Assembly: GCF_009834535.1 (NCBI RefSeq)
Contig: NC_045696.1
Coordinates: 18,664,001 to 18,728,000 of the forward strand
Source of the DNA: Camelus ferus
Lineage: Eukaryota
Direction of reading: 5' to 3'
Length of the DNA: 64,000 bases
The notes beneath the pieces are model-generated. The model was not told where the DNA came from. It made no database searches and saw only the letters and a program-made list of their open reading frames with translations. Shown here one piece after another: positions 41,202-54,752 of this stretch; the first letter of the stretch is position 1; every line of letters begins with the position of its first letter. The position numbers and the translations under genes are program-made.

Positions 41202-42629
41202 ATATATATGCATGTGTGTGTTTGTGTGTAATGAAGGAAAATGGTCCTTTCCCTGACTTTTTGAGAGGATGCTACCGATATTCCGGATTAGCATAGACAA
41301 AGAATCCCATTTGGTTGGTCCAAGAGAATAGAAAGCACCTCTGTTTTCAAATGGATTCACTCTGAGTACTACTCTGAAGGATTTGACAATGAGAATAAAT
41401 GATTTTTCCATTAAAAATACAAATAAACACATCACTCATAATCAGTGCCAGATGACGACTGAATTTGGAAGTCTCCCTGGTGTACTTTATGAACCTGGGC
41501 AGAGAGAATCTTAATTCATGGTTTTCGACCAGCAGATTTATAGCTATGACTTTCCAGAGAACTTCAAGACGATTCCCTATCTGCATATAAAAGTATAGGT
41601 ATGGGTCATTGATAATTAATCCAAACAGTAAAACATTACATAACACCTATTTTTAATGAAATCCTTAACATTTTGTAACCACTTATCACCTCCAATGGCC
41701 TCCTTTAATGCTTACCAAAAAATTATTTATGGTTACTTTGCTTAACACCATTTAATTTTATAAATCAAATTTGTTTATTTCTCCACAATTTTATTATAAC
41801 TTTTTTCCAGGGAGTTTTAAACTATAGGATGAGGTCTGAACATGAAATAATGATATTAAAAATCTGTTCCTGTTTCATTAAGAGATTTAACTGAATGGAT
41901 ATAGATTAAGGCAGTACAACTAGCTTTTAAATCATCAGAAATCATTTAGAAAACTTTATGCAGAAAATAAGATTTTCTATTGTACTATTGCCCTTTTATT
42001 TAATTATTGTCATTCTATTTATAAATGATTCAATATTAAATTACAGATAAATAGGTTATGAAAACGGATTCTGATGTATATCTAACCATCTGTCACAATG
42101 ATTTGATCAATGATGCCACACTATAAAATTTGCTTTAAAAATGTATTATGAAAACTGAACCTTGCATATTTCAGATTAGGGTATGTTGATTTATATTCTA
42201 TGGAATATAACAACAGTACAGTCATATTGGAGGAGAAAGATATCCATGAAGGGAAAAAAAATAACTGAGGTTAGTAATAATAAGGGAGAATAAATATGCT
42301 TAAAAGACTCAATTTTTAAAAAATCATTAACTATGAGTCACCTTTAACTTTTCAAAATTTACTATATATACAGGAACATTTTTAAAGATCCTGAAAATGA
42401 CATTTCAGAGTGATGCAAACTTTAGTACAAGTTATATATTCCTTTTTATTTCTATTTCCTGCAAGGCCTCAAAAACTGTACACAAAACATAGAAAAGTTT
42501 TAGTCCTCTATTCAGAAATGTGTAAAAAGACATATGGACTGATTTTCTAAAGATGGGGAATTTATCTATTTTTAACAAGATTAAGAATCCCTCATACAAT
42601 GGCCCTTATATCCAAATTGATGGTAAAGA

Positions 42630-43110
42630 TGATTAATCGTATGTTCTATGACCACAATTGAACTTTTTTAGAAAACAGTACACATAAATATTGAAAAAGT
42701 CCTGAAAATATTGAAAAGTTTTTATCTATTTAGCAGTCTTATTCAAGATAAATCATGTGGGATAAAGCTAAAACCATACTTAGAAAAAACTGTCACTTAA
42801 AAGCATGTGTGAGAAGAGAATAAAATGCGATAATCAGTCATGTATACATGCATCTTAAGAAACTAAAAAGAGCAACAATTTAACACCAAAGGAATTAGAG
42901 GTAATTACATAATAAAGATATGAACTGAAGCTAATGAAATAGGAAATAAATGTACAGTAGAGCAAACCAACAAAGCCAAAGTTTGGTTCTTTATGAAATC
43001 TAATAAAATTGATAAACCGCTAACAAGACTGAGCAAAATAAAAATGAGTAAACCTGTCATTTCCATAAAGGAAAATGTCTTGCACATACTATAAAGGTAG
43101 TTAATTTTTA
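42630..43110 (+). mobile_element. Old L1 ORF2 fragment
   Basis: 'gtgggataaagctaaaaccatacttaga', 'caacaaagccaaagtttggttctttatgaaatctaataaaattgataaacc'. Confidence 0.8.
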
Positions 43111-43149
43111 AAAAGGGCAAAAAATAGATACAGGAAGTATACTGATGTC

Positions 43150-44735
43150 ATTGAGTCTACTCCAGTATCACCTGGATCATTGTACCCTTCCCCCACTGCT
43201 TGCCTGGGGTCACCCTCTCCATTCACCAACCATTGACTTATTTTTCAGTCTTACTATATATGTACAGAGTTTTCAGAATTGCTACAACTTACTGCTATGA
43301 GAAAAAGATGTGACCAACTAGAATATACTATTTATGTAGCATTCCTTTCGTCTTTAGTCACATTAAAATGGTGTTCCCCATAGTTACTCTGAAAAAGTCA
43401 GCACCTTTTTCCCCCATCACCTTCAGTGAGGCTATGTCATGCATTTGTAGTCCAGATAGATTATCTTATACAATCTGCATTCCATTCTGAGATCCTCTTA
43501 CACTTTAGTCAATTTTTTAAAGTTTATTGAAAGCTTTATGGGTTTGGACAAAAGCTTAGCATTATGTATTCATATTACAGTTCCTTTACAGGGCAGTTTT
43601 TTATTCACAGTAATTATGTTCTATAAAGCCACTGTGAACGCCGAGTTTTTGAATACTGAACCATTATTCCTGGAAGAAATAAAAGGTAAGGTTTCTTGTT
43701 ATTCTGGTCAAAATATTTTTCCTCAGCCAACCAATACATAACCTATTCAAATAGTGTTTCTACTTATAGACACCGTGTGCATACACACACACACACACAC
43801 ACACACATACACATGATGATTCATTAACACTGAACTCACAGCCAACAGAGCTATAAATCATGCCTCCATGAAGCTTTTCTAATATACGTATTTTCTCAGT
43901 AAGACCCATCACAGCCTTTTTTATCTTAAGAATACTAGACAGCACTTCGGTCCCTCATTTGGGGACCATGTTAAACAGTGAGATCACATACACACAAAGC
44001 GCAACATAAAAAATGACATTAAGGAGACAACAACAAGGGTAATTGTTTACAGTATGAGAACTGAAAAGAAAAACGGCAAAACTGAGCTTTGTTTGACATC
44101 TGGGAATGTGTGCATTGATGAATCAAAATTGTTATTACTGTGTACATCTGCAAGTGATCTTGAAAGTGCTCTGACTATTCATTTTGAGGTTGCAAGTAAA
44201 TTTTAGCAAGTAGATGAATTTTTGAATACAAAATCCATGAATAAGGAGAATCAATTGTAATTAATTCCACCACTCTAAAATATTCCCTTTATTTCTCTTT
44301 GTCAAACAGTACCTTCTTGCCAGTTCCATGGGAACCAGTGACCTGTCTCCTATCCCTATCATTTTGCCTATTCCGAATGTCACATAAATGGGTTCATAAA
44401 GTATGAAGCCTTTTCTGTCTTCTTTCATTTGTCGTATACATTTAAGTTTTGTACATTTTTTTTAATTAATGCCTCATTTTTTATTGCTGCATAGTTTTTT
44501 TATTATATGGATGAAGTATAGTTTGTCTACTCATTTATCTACTGGAGAACATGGTCGCTTCACTTTTCTTTCCTTATCACCTTAGCTCACACTTAAGAAT
44601 TTTTGAATATTAGTGGTGATAAAGTAGGATGTCCTAGTCTTGTTCTCAGTCTTAACATGTGAGCATTCTTTCTCTCAGCATTAAGCATGGTATATGTTTT
44701 CTGTATTCTCATGTATTGTTTTCATAGTAAATAAG
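43150..44735 (-). mobile_element. Old L1 3' fragments, split by MER82
   Basis: 'ctttatgggtttggacaaaagc...tgtattcatattacag' resumes after MER82 as 'ttccaccactctaaaatattccc...ttttgcctattccgaatgtcacataaatgg'. Confidence 0.65.
43589..44257 (-). mobile_element. MER82 (TcMar-Tigger non-autonomous element) with an internal (CA)n
   Basis: TA-flanked element matching MER82; encodes a decayed Tigger/CENP-B-type helix-turn-helix peptide (KKAVMGLTEKIRILEKLHGGMIYSSVGCEFSVNESS, ORF 43760-43945). Confidence 0.88.
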
Positions 44736-45045
44736 TGTATTAATTTGGTAGTGCTGCTGTGACAAAGTAACTCACACTGGGTGGCTTAAATACCATAAAC
44801 GTATCTTCTCACAGCTCTAGAGACTAGAAATCTGAAATTAAAATACTGGTAGGATTATTAATTCTTTCGAATGCCATGAGGGAAGAATGTGTTCCAGGCT
44901 TCTGTCTTTGGCTAGTAGATGGGATCCATGTTCACATGGTGCTCCCCCTGTGTGTAGGCGGACTAGTCACACTGAAGGAGGAGCCCTGCCCTACTCAAGT
45001 GTGATCCTCATGTTAACTTGACTAATTATAGTTGCAGTGACTCTT
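44736..45045 (-). mobile_element. MaLR LTR (MLT1B/C-like), partial
   Basis: 'tgtattaatttggtagtgctgctgtgacaaagtaactcacactgggtggcttaaa...ctcacagctctagagactagaaatctgaaatt'. Confidence 0.85.
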
Positions 45046-45069
45046 TTTTGGTTAAGCTAATTATATTTT

Positions 45070-45740
45070 ATGTGTTTTTACAGATGACTAATTGAGCTAA
45101 TACTTTGTATTAAAATGCACACATTTTAAGCATGTAATAAATGAGCTGACAAATGAATACAACTTTGCAGACACTGAAAAATCTCCCCTTCTGCCTGTTT
45201 GCAGTTAATCACAAACCCCAACACAGCCTAAGGCAAACACTAGACTGTTTTCTGTTAGTAAAGATTAGTGTTTCCTATTCTCAAATTACATATCCATTTC
45301 CTTTTAACTTGCGTTTTCATTAACCACACTACTTTTTCATATTCATAAAAATTATTATAGATATTAGCAGTTTAAACTTTTTTTTGCTGTGTAGTATCCC
45401 ATTGTATGGATAGATGACAAAGTACACATTTAATATTATAAGAAATTAAGAAATTTCCTCACAGTTTTCAAAAGTGGTTGTACCATTTTAAAATCCTTTC
45501 AACAATGTATAGGGGTTTCAGTTGTGATACATATTCTCCATAATACAATTCCTAATGGAGGAATTTTTAATATTTGCTATTCTGACTTGGGCATACATCT
45601 ATATCATGTTGTTATTCTTTGCATTTTCCAGATCTCTGATGATAAATGCTTTTTCATTGCTTATTGGCCATTTGTGTATTATCATCTTAGTAAAGTATCA
45701 GTTCTAATCTTTGGCCTATTTTAACTTTTTGTCTTCTTTT
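45070..45740 (-). mobile_element. Old L1 3' end
   Basis: 'taaaatgcacacattttaagcatgta', 'gctgtgtagtatcccattgtatggata', 'ttttcaaaagtggttgtaccatttta'. Confidence 0.8.
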
Positions 45741-47873
45741 AACTGCAGTAAAAATGAGACAGAAATATTTCATGATTAACATATTGATAAAGACTTGCCT
45801 GGGATGTCAGAATTCAAAATTTTTAAAAATTTATGTAAATTCATTATCTAAGTAATTTATTTATGTAAATAAATGTATCTTATATTTATTGAAAAAGTCA
45901 CTCAAAGGAAAAAACAATTCCTTCAGATATATATATACACACATATGTATGTATTTACACTATATATACATATTTGTATATGATTAAACATAACACATTT
46001 TTATTTAAGTTTTTATGAAGGGTGCTTATAAATATTTAAGTGCAAATATTTTATATTAACTATTTAGATATCTCATTTCTAGAACTTGTTTATCATTTAC
46101 TAAAAGACTATAAATATCTCTTTGGCTTGTAAAAGGCAGATTTTTGAGGTTATTTGCTGTCAGGGTTGGCAAATTTGTGATAACCTCAGATAAGCAATTA
46201 TAGCTATCATCATATAAATGCAGAACTTAAATGAAACATAACTGATTTCTATGACAACTATGACTATGCCCATAATTAGTTAAGCCAGTAACAGCATTCT
46301 AATAAATATTAGCTCTCATAAATGGCACATCTGCTCCTTCTGTTTAACCTAGATTCTTAATTGAAAAAGATTATATAAATAAATTGTTTTGAATGCATTT
46401 AACAAATACCAAGAAAATGTGTACCTGTGTTCCAAAAAGCAACATGTTTTTGAAATAAAAAGTATTTTATTTTCATATCAAAATCTGGATGCCTGCTCAG
46501 GATAAATGAGACTTAGGGCATGAATTCATTTAAAGCATGCCACATGACAATTATTAGAGGAAATACAATTTGGTTATTCACGTCTGCTCCAATGCCCCAC
46601 TTTTTGGACGTGATTCATTTATCATGTTTTATATTCTTTATTCAAAACATTCATAATTTAATGTAAATTACATACGCTAATGTGAAATTAAACATTAGAA
46701 TATGCATGTCACTGGGAGTTTGAAAAATAACCTAATTCCAACATACAGAATTTTGAGACAAATTTCTAAAGTAAATATTTTTATAGAAAACATTTTTTCA
46801 ATAAACAGAGTTCCTGTAAAAAGTGATGTAATAGTCATTGAATAGAGATTTCAAAACTTTCTATTATATAGCAAAGGATAAAAATTTGATTCTTGTATAT
46901 TCAATTCACTTCTTGTAAAATAAGGAGGTAGACTGAATGCATAGTTATTTTTAAACAGAACATGTGTTTTTTTTTTCCTGGTAAATGTGCTGGATTTTTT
47001 TTTTTCACATTTCCCTGTCTCAGTTAATAGTGTCACCAACCTTACAATTATTTATAGATCCAACATTGAAATGACTATTTCTGGAGCAGTCCTCTGAACA
47101 TCCATCCCCATATAGTCAGCTTGTAAAGTTTCTAGATTTATAACCCGAAAACTTACCTCTTTTGCTCTTTGTCTTTCTTGTCTGAAATATTCTCACTCTG
47201 GAAAATCTTTAGGTAAAAATACTGCCAAGAAATTGAAAATATGAGTCTAAAACAAAACTCAGCTAACTGAGGAAAGATGACAGAAAGTAAGAAGAGAGGG
47301 GTGAGGACACGGTACTTTTGTCACCAGCATGGCTGCTCTACAGAGAGAGAAGCAAACACAAGACCCCTTTCTGAGGAGATTATGATGCATATCCAGAGAC
47401 ACCAATGGGCTCTTGGGGTCGTAATCAACAATCAAGATACGTACACAAAAATAGAATGACAGTAAACTTACAGTCATAGCATTTATTTATAAACATAACA
47501 TTAAATATGTACATATCCATACATATATAAAGAAATATATACCCAATAAGTGTTAGTTTCATAGTTACAAAATTAAAATACAAAAAATTCATTTATCTGT
47601 TGAAGGACACGTTGATTCCTTTTTCACTTTTCTTTCCTTACCACCTTAGCTTGCACTTAAGAATTTTTAAATAAAATTAAATAAAATTCTCGATTGCCCA
47701 TTTAGTAAATGAACACTGATTAAAATAAACTTTACTTTTATATTTATGGATTTAAAAAGTTTCTCTGGAACATTATGCAAATTCTACATAGAAAGGAGAA
47801 TTGACCTTTTTTTTTAAAGGAAAAGAAGAAAACATAGTGTTCTTTGTAGGTCTCATCTCATTGTGCTGTATTT

Positions 47874-48031
47874 TTTTATTTTTTATTTATTTTTTTTTAT
47901 TTTTTGAATTTTGTTTGGGAGGTAGGTAATTAAGGTTTGTTTGTTTATTTATCTTTAATGGAGGTACTGGGGATTGAACCCAGGACCTCATGCATGCCAG
48001 TCATACAGTCTACCACTGAGCTGTACTTCCC
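47874..48031 (-). mobile_element. Vic-1-type camelid tRNA-derived SINE
   Basis: 'gggaggtaggtaattaaggtttgtttgtttattt...ggaggtactggggattgaacccaggacctc...taccactgagctgtacttccc'; antisense A/B boxes, T-rich tail, degenerate TSD attg[tg/ca]ct[g/a]tattt at 47860-47873 and 48037-48050. Confidence 0.88.
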
Positions 48032-49959
48032 GTTGTATTGCACTATATTTGAATTACACATAGTAATTCCAGCCTTTGTTCTGGCATGGAAGTTAAGTGA
48101 ATGATGCAGGGATTGGGACCTATAACTGTAAATCTGTGAAATTTGTCATGGTTAGTTGGAGAAAAAGGACCACAGAATAATTGTATTGACACACTCTTTT
48201 TAAAATACTGTGAACTGTAGGCTGGTTGGGTGATAGGATAGTTATTTGGTTATATATTCAGTTTGAATTTTAACATGTCCTTGTTAATAGGAGACAACCA
48301 ATATCATGAAATTAATAACATATTCATCTATATGTGCATACGTACATTAAACCAAAAGTACTACTTTGAGGAGGAAACAAGACAGGAGGAAGAAGGTTAC
48401 TTTACCCACATTTGTTTTCTCTTCTTGAAATTGTGCAATTGGTACCCACCTCATGCAGTGGCACACTCTGTGCCCAAAACCATGACCTTTTTTAAAACTT
48501 CAGGAACCTTTAGTTGTGAACTGTAACAGTGGGAGTTTGACAGTTTGACAAACTATTGCTAAACTACCAAGCTGTTTAACATGTCAGTAAGCCTTCTTTA
48601 CCATCCTGCTTCTCACTTTCTCTTTGTCAAGACATGTCCTATTTCTCAAAGAAAAGTTGGTATAGTATAGCTCAAGAAATCATTTGCAGACTAGCCACAT
48701 TTTTCACTGATCATTCCACTCCCTCCAAATGTGACATAAGCTTACTGTAACACATTTATTGTGGAAAATGGAGATAGATATATAGTAATTGGGCACACAT
48801 TTATGTTTGTATTAAACACAAAATCTCACTTTGAATGCAAAAGTGATTAGAAGAGTGATTCTTAAGAGGAAAATTTGGTAGCTCTTTATTCTGGATTCCT
48901 CATGGTTATTTCTATATTGTTGTAGAATGTTGATTCTAATGTTTGGTGACATATGAAAATCACATGTGAACTTTTTGTCAGTAATATTCTGGCCACATTT
49001 CAGTCAAAAGTGTTTTGTAAAGCTGTTTATTGAGTATCCTAGGTATGATCATGCTAGTGTGTATAATTCTTGTCAGAGGTTAATGGGTTGAAGGATTTTA
49101 AACAGTGGGAAAAATTTGTTCATATTTTAGAAGTTATTTTAAAATATTTAAGTTAAAATATAACGTGTGTGTGGGTGTCATCCATATACATGTATAATAT
49201 GTGATATCATCTCAAATACTTTTATTGAAACTAGTTACATTTGGGGGGGTGGGTATATTTTAGCAGACATTATTAAATTTATCACTTCTTACTGTCTATT
49301 AAAATGTCCACTATTTTGCATAAAGCTAAATTCATCTCAGTATTTCAAAGCTAATTTAGTCTCCATCCATCAAATCTGTCATATCTGAGATACATTGTTT
49401 GCTGTTAAAGATAAGGCAAATATAATGAAATTAAGGCTATTAAGGTATATTGTTGCAGTATATACATTCTACTTATTATCCTAGCTTATTATGCAAATTC
49501 ATAAGAATATTAAACTTAGAGAAAAGGAGAGGTTTGAATTAAGCCCACTTTGAAATGTCACTGCTAATCTGTCTGTGCGAGTCCTCATCAAAGTTGACCT
49601 TCCTGATTGCCTGTTACAGCGTGACATAAATTCAGTACATCCACCCCAGTGCTGTAATTGACCTTTAACCACAGTATAGTCATGATCCTTTTTAGTGATC
49701 TAATAATTCCATGGCATGAATATCATTTACTTGTCTCAGTAATTACTGTGGACAACTTGTATTGTGTGTATCTTTAAAACAGTTTGCATGAGAATAGATA
49801 GTAAGTCTTGTATTTCATCCAAATGGTATTATTTAAGTATAACATTCCAATGCATTATTTTAAAATAAATAAAATGTGTGTTTCATTTATGCAAGTAGGG
49901 GGAGTGAAGAGGCACTTGAGTTTCTCTGAGCATGCCTACTGTGTGCTGTAACAACACTT

Positions 49960-52485
49960 AGCATGAGCTCTAGCTCAGCTGTTACTTTACTGCACAGTTG
50001 AGTATTGTGAACTGTAGGCACAACGTGGTACAGTGGATCTCTAGAACTTAATCATATTGCATAACTGAAACTTGAGTAGCTAGCCCCTGGCAACTACCAT
50101 CCTACACTATTCCTCTAAGTTCAGCTTTTTTACATTCCACATATGGGTGAGATCATACAGTATTTCACTTGCCATTTGCATTCAAGGTCCACATATATTG
50201 ACATAAATGTCAGGATTTCCATCCTTTTTATGGCTGAACAGTATTCCCTTGTGTATCTGTGTCGTATTTTCTTCTTCCATTCATTCAGTGATAGGTATTA
50301 CATTGTTGCTGCGTCTAGGCTATTGTGAGTGATACTGAAATGAACATGAGGGTGCCTTTATCTTTTTGATAATTTCTTTCATCCATATTTTGTGGTTTTC
50401 ATTGTTTAAATTTTTTACATGCTTGATTGAGTGTATTCCTAAGTATTCTGTTCTTTTTGCTGCTATTATAAATGGGATAAATGGGATTGCTTTCTTAATT
50501 TCCTTTTCAAACAGTTCGTTGTTAGTATATAGAAATTCCTCTTATTTGTGTGTGTGTGTGTGTGTTGATTTTTATATCCTGCAACTTTACTGAATTTGTT
50601 GATTAGTTCTAAAGGTTGGTTTTTTTGTTGTTGTTGTTGTAGCTTCTTTGGATTTTCTATACATAAGATGTCACCTGCATACAGATAATTTGACTTCTTC
50701 CTTTACAATTTGGATGCATTTTCTTTCTTTTCCTTTACCTAACATTTCTGGCTGGTACTTGTAGTACTATAGTGAATAGAAGTGGCAAGAATGGGCATCC
50801 TTGCTTTGTTCCTAATCTTAGAGGAAAAGCTTTAAGGTTTTTTTGCCATTGAGTATGATGTTAGCTGTAGGCTTTTGACCTTTACTGAGGTCAAAAATTA
50901 AGATACAATACTTCTATACCCATTAGCGAGGGTTTTTTTTTTTTTCATCAAAGAATGTTGAATTTTGTTAGATGATTTTTCTGTATCTATTGAGATGCTC
51001 ATATGATTTTTATTCTTTATTCTTTTAATTTGGTATGTCATACACCGCATGTAACAGTGCATTTGCAAATATTGAACCATCTGGCATTCCAGTGATAAAT
51101 CTCTCTTTGCCATGGTGTTTAACACTTTTAATATGCTGTTGAATTCAGTTTGCTAGTATCATGTTGGGGATTTTTGCATCTGCATTTATCATGGCACCAG
51201 CCTGCAGTTTTCTTTTCTTGTAGTGTCCTTCCTCGCCTTGCTTTAATAACTGGATAATGATGGCCTCATAAAATGGTTTTGAAAGTGTTTCCTTTTCTTC
51301 TTCTCTTGGAAGAATTGAAAAGTACTGGCCTTAATTCTTCTTTAAATATTTGATAAGATTCACCCATGAAGCCATCTGATCCTCCTGTTTTTTTGTGTTT
51401 TGTTTTTGTCTTCTTTTTTGTTGTTGTTAGAGGAGTTTTTGATTGCTGACTCAATATTCATACTAATTGTAGTTCTATTCACATTTTCTATTTCTTCATG
51501 ACTTAGTCTTGATAGAGTATGTTTCTAGGAGTTTATTCATTTCTTATAGGTTTTCCACTTAGTTTATTCTCTTTTAATGCTTAGTATGTCTGTGTTATCA
51601 GTTGCAGTGTCTCATTTTCCATTACTGATTTTATTTGAGTCTTTTTTTCTGAATGAGTCTATCTGAGGGTTTGTGAGTTTTGTTTATTTTTCAAAAAACA
51701 ATTCAGCTCTATTGATTTTTTATACTCTATTTTATTTCTGCTTTAGTCTTTACTGTATTTTTCCATCTGCTGACTTTGACCTTAATTTATTCTTTTTCTG
51801 TCTTCTTGAAGTGTAAATATAAATTATTTGAGATACATTTTTTTTGAAAATTAATAAAGACATTAATTATAACAAACTTTCATCTTACTGCAGCTTTTGC
51901 TGCATCCCATCAGGTTTTGGTACGTTTTGTTTTTGTTATCATTCATCTCAAGATATTTTCTAATTTCCATTTTGATTCCTTCTTTGACCCACTGGTTGTT
52001 GAAGAGTCTGTTGTTTAATTTCCCCATATGTGAATTTTCCAGTTTGCTTTCTGCAGTTGATTTCTAGTTTTATTCTATTGTGGTCAGCAAAGATACTGGA
52101 TATGATTTCAGTGTTCTTAATTTTTAAATAATTATTTTGTGACCTATTGTGATTTATGCTAGAGAATGTGGTGTGTTTACTTGAAGAATGTATATTCTGT
52201 TTGGGGGTGGAATGTTCTGTATGTGTTCATTAGGTTTCTCTGATCTATATTGTTGTTCAAGTCCACTGTGTCCTTACAGATTTTCTGTTTGAAAAGCCTA
52301 TCCATTATTGAAAGTGAGGTTTCAAAGCCTCCTACTATTAACTTAATGTCTGTTTCTCCCTTCAGTTCTGTCATGGTTTGCTTTGTATATTTAAGTGCTA
52401 TGATGTTTGGTGCATATATATATTTATAATATGTCCTCCTGATGAATTGACTCTTACATCATTGTATATTAACCTTCTTTGTCAA
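49960..52485 (-). mobile_element. L1 (L1MA/MB-like) 3'UTR plus ORF2, decayed, with an internal deletion
   Basis: ORF2-like peptides (MTELKGETD..LIVGGFETSLSIMDR; GSDGFMGESYQIFKEEL; KNHMSISIDTEKSSNKIQH) and an antisense 3'UTR. Confidence 0.93.
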
Positions 52486-53057
52486 ATTTATGAAGAAAGA
52501 AAATTTTATTCATTTCTATTAATGCTCAAGTAATATCCTAAGAAACAAATGTGAATTTAGTAATATGAGAAAAAACATGTTCCTATAGCTGTATTTTAAT
52601 GTGGTTTGGGGGGGGCATCTGACAGTATATATTATAGCTGCTTTTTTAAAAAGCAACTTACTGGTTAAGTAATTTTAAGAATATATTCAAGCAACAAATT
52701 TTAAATCAGAAAATAGATTTTGTTCTACCTTGTGTTAAGATGTGAGAACAGATCTGTCACAAGTGTTGATGTTTTCATTGTACAGTCTTACATTTGTTTC
52801 CTGGCGAATATCATCATAATTTAAATAGCACTAACATAGTAAATTATCTGATTAAGGATGCATTTAAACACTAAAATGTAAAATATAAAGAAAAAAATAT
52901 TATGTGTCCTTTTATGTGATGTGAAGCATTGATACTACCAATTACAGATTTTAATCAGTATGATGATATCCTATATGGAAAAAACTCTATAGCCTATTCA
53001 TAAAGCTAAAGAAAATATTTTGCTTCCATCTTAGCTAGTCAGTGCATTAATCCTGCC

Positions 53058-53130
53058 ATACATATATACACACACACACACACACACATATATATGTGTA
53101 TATATATATATATATACGTATATATATATA
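53058..53130. repeat. Compound (CA)n/(TA)n microsatellite
   Basis: Read directly from the sequence. Confidence 0.95.
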
Positions 53131-54595
53131 ATCTGACTATTTGTACTACAGGTTTAATTGATTAGTTTTCCTCTTTGTCAGTTGTGTTTGAAGACTAAAA
53201 TACTTTTCAGGAAAACTGACCCTAAAAATCTCTCCCAAGTTTTTCTATAGAAAAATAAACAGTACGACAAAGAAATTGGAGCACCAATCAAAGGATTCCC
53301 AACACTACTTCTGTAAAGTGTTGCCAATACTTCAGTCACAGAACTATTTTTAAGGTTAAATTGGATGATATCTATAGCTCTAAAAAAGAATACAAGCATC
53401 ATTTTATATTTCTTTCCTGGAAAATGCTTTGATCTAGTCTTAAAGGAGCTTTGGCCAAGTATGAGGTAGGAGTTGGGAGGCCAGGGTCAGAAAAAGACAT
53501 AATATCTAGTTACATGCAGAGATAGGACTCAAAATCTTTGGGATGTATGATGTCCACAACCTTTTGGAAGTTATTTGCTTGCTAAATTATGTAGAGCTTC
53601 TCGTCACCACTCACCCATCTTCCAGTTGTTACATTTAAGAAGGATTATTTGGAGGGAGTCCCAGACACACTTGGGAGCTGATGTTAGTGAATATCTCTTG
53701 AAACTGAAATGAGAGAGGTAGTCCCCAGAATGCCTGGGAAGATGTGACAGTAGGATAGAGGAATAGCTCTCTTTCAGTGGACAATCTTAAGATCTCTAGA
53801 GAACATTTCAGATGAAGAAAATGTGTGTAAACTACTTATTTAGAAACTCATTACAAACCACAAAAATGACTTTCTCATTCTATTTAGCAAAATAATAGTT
53901 ACTTGGATGAGCAAAGAATGTAATTGCAGTACCAATTCTGGACACTACTTTCCTTTAATCTATTCATAATGTCCATTTATCTAATGACAAGACTGCTCAC
54001 ATAATTCAGTGTGACCATAACTTTAAGCATTTCAGTTACGGATACATGACATCTGGTTGCCAGGTAAATGCCCATGAAATCAATCTCCCATGCCTTCTTT
54101 AAACCGTTTATGCAAGTTATCATTTATAAAACTATAATTTTTATGTTCACCTGTGTTCTAAATAGAATAAAGTCACTCCCTGAAGAATTGTTAGTTTTCA
54201 ATTATAACAGCCATTGCTTGATGTTCAAACTATATGCCAGATATACTGATAAGACAATCTGTTTCTCTTCTCTGCTCTCTTTTTGTATATGCTTTTTAGA
54301 TCAACAATATATAAATTATTAAAAAGAGAAATAATCATTAAGATGCTCTAAAAGACAGTAAATAGGAGAAGGTCTCTGAATCTGGAAATGCACTATTTAA
54401 AAACTAAGTCTGAAACATAGCTCTACAAAATGCCTGCCTTTTGTTGTGAGAAGTTACTATGAATATTATATAAAAGTGTGCCTAGACTTTAATAAGAGTA
54501 ATATAATATTTAGTAATTCTTACATCCATTCACCAATGAGGGTGTCTCAAAATGGCTTGACACTGGTATATCCAGTTTCAGAGGACTGCATAGAG

Positions 54596-54752
54596 TAATG
54601 ATTTTCATAATTCAGGTCAGAACCTATTATTGGATCATGAGAGCAATTTAAGGAGTTACAATCTCTATTGTTTTTTAATATCTATGAAATAGAATAAATT
54701 GTAATTGAATAGGATGGAAAATAGTTGATGTTGCTTAAAATGTAGGTATTAT
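54596..54752. mobile_element. hAT-Charlie-type MITE (MER112-like, family uncertain), left part; right part near 57810-57915
   Basis: 'caggtcagaacctattattggatcatgagagcaatttaaggagttac...tgaaatagaata' and, past the L1, 'tgtaaaaatattttttcttactgtggtc'. Confidence 0.45.

Noticed and set aside
41070..41646. Two overlapping minus-strand ORFs (121 and 99 aa) with an acceptor-like site near 41581
   Set aside because: No recognisable homology and no convincing donor; one ORF crosses the 60-bp insertion and a microsatellite.
43760..43945. CENP-B/Tigger-like helix-turn-helix peptide as a domesticated transposase
   Set aside because: It is the normal remnant within MER82 and runs into a dinucleotide repeat.
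47960..48031. tRNA-like sequence
   Set aside because: It is the head of the SINE, not a tRNA gene.
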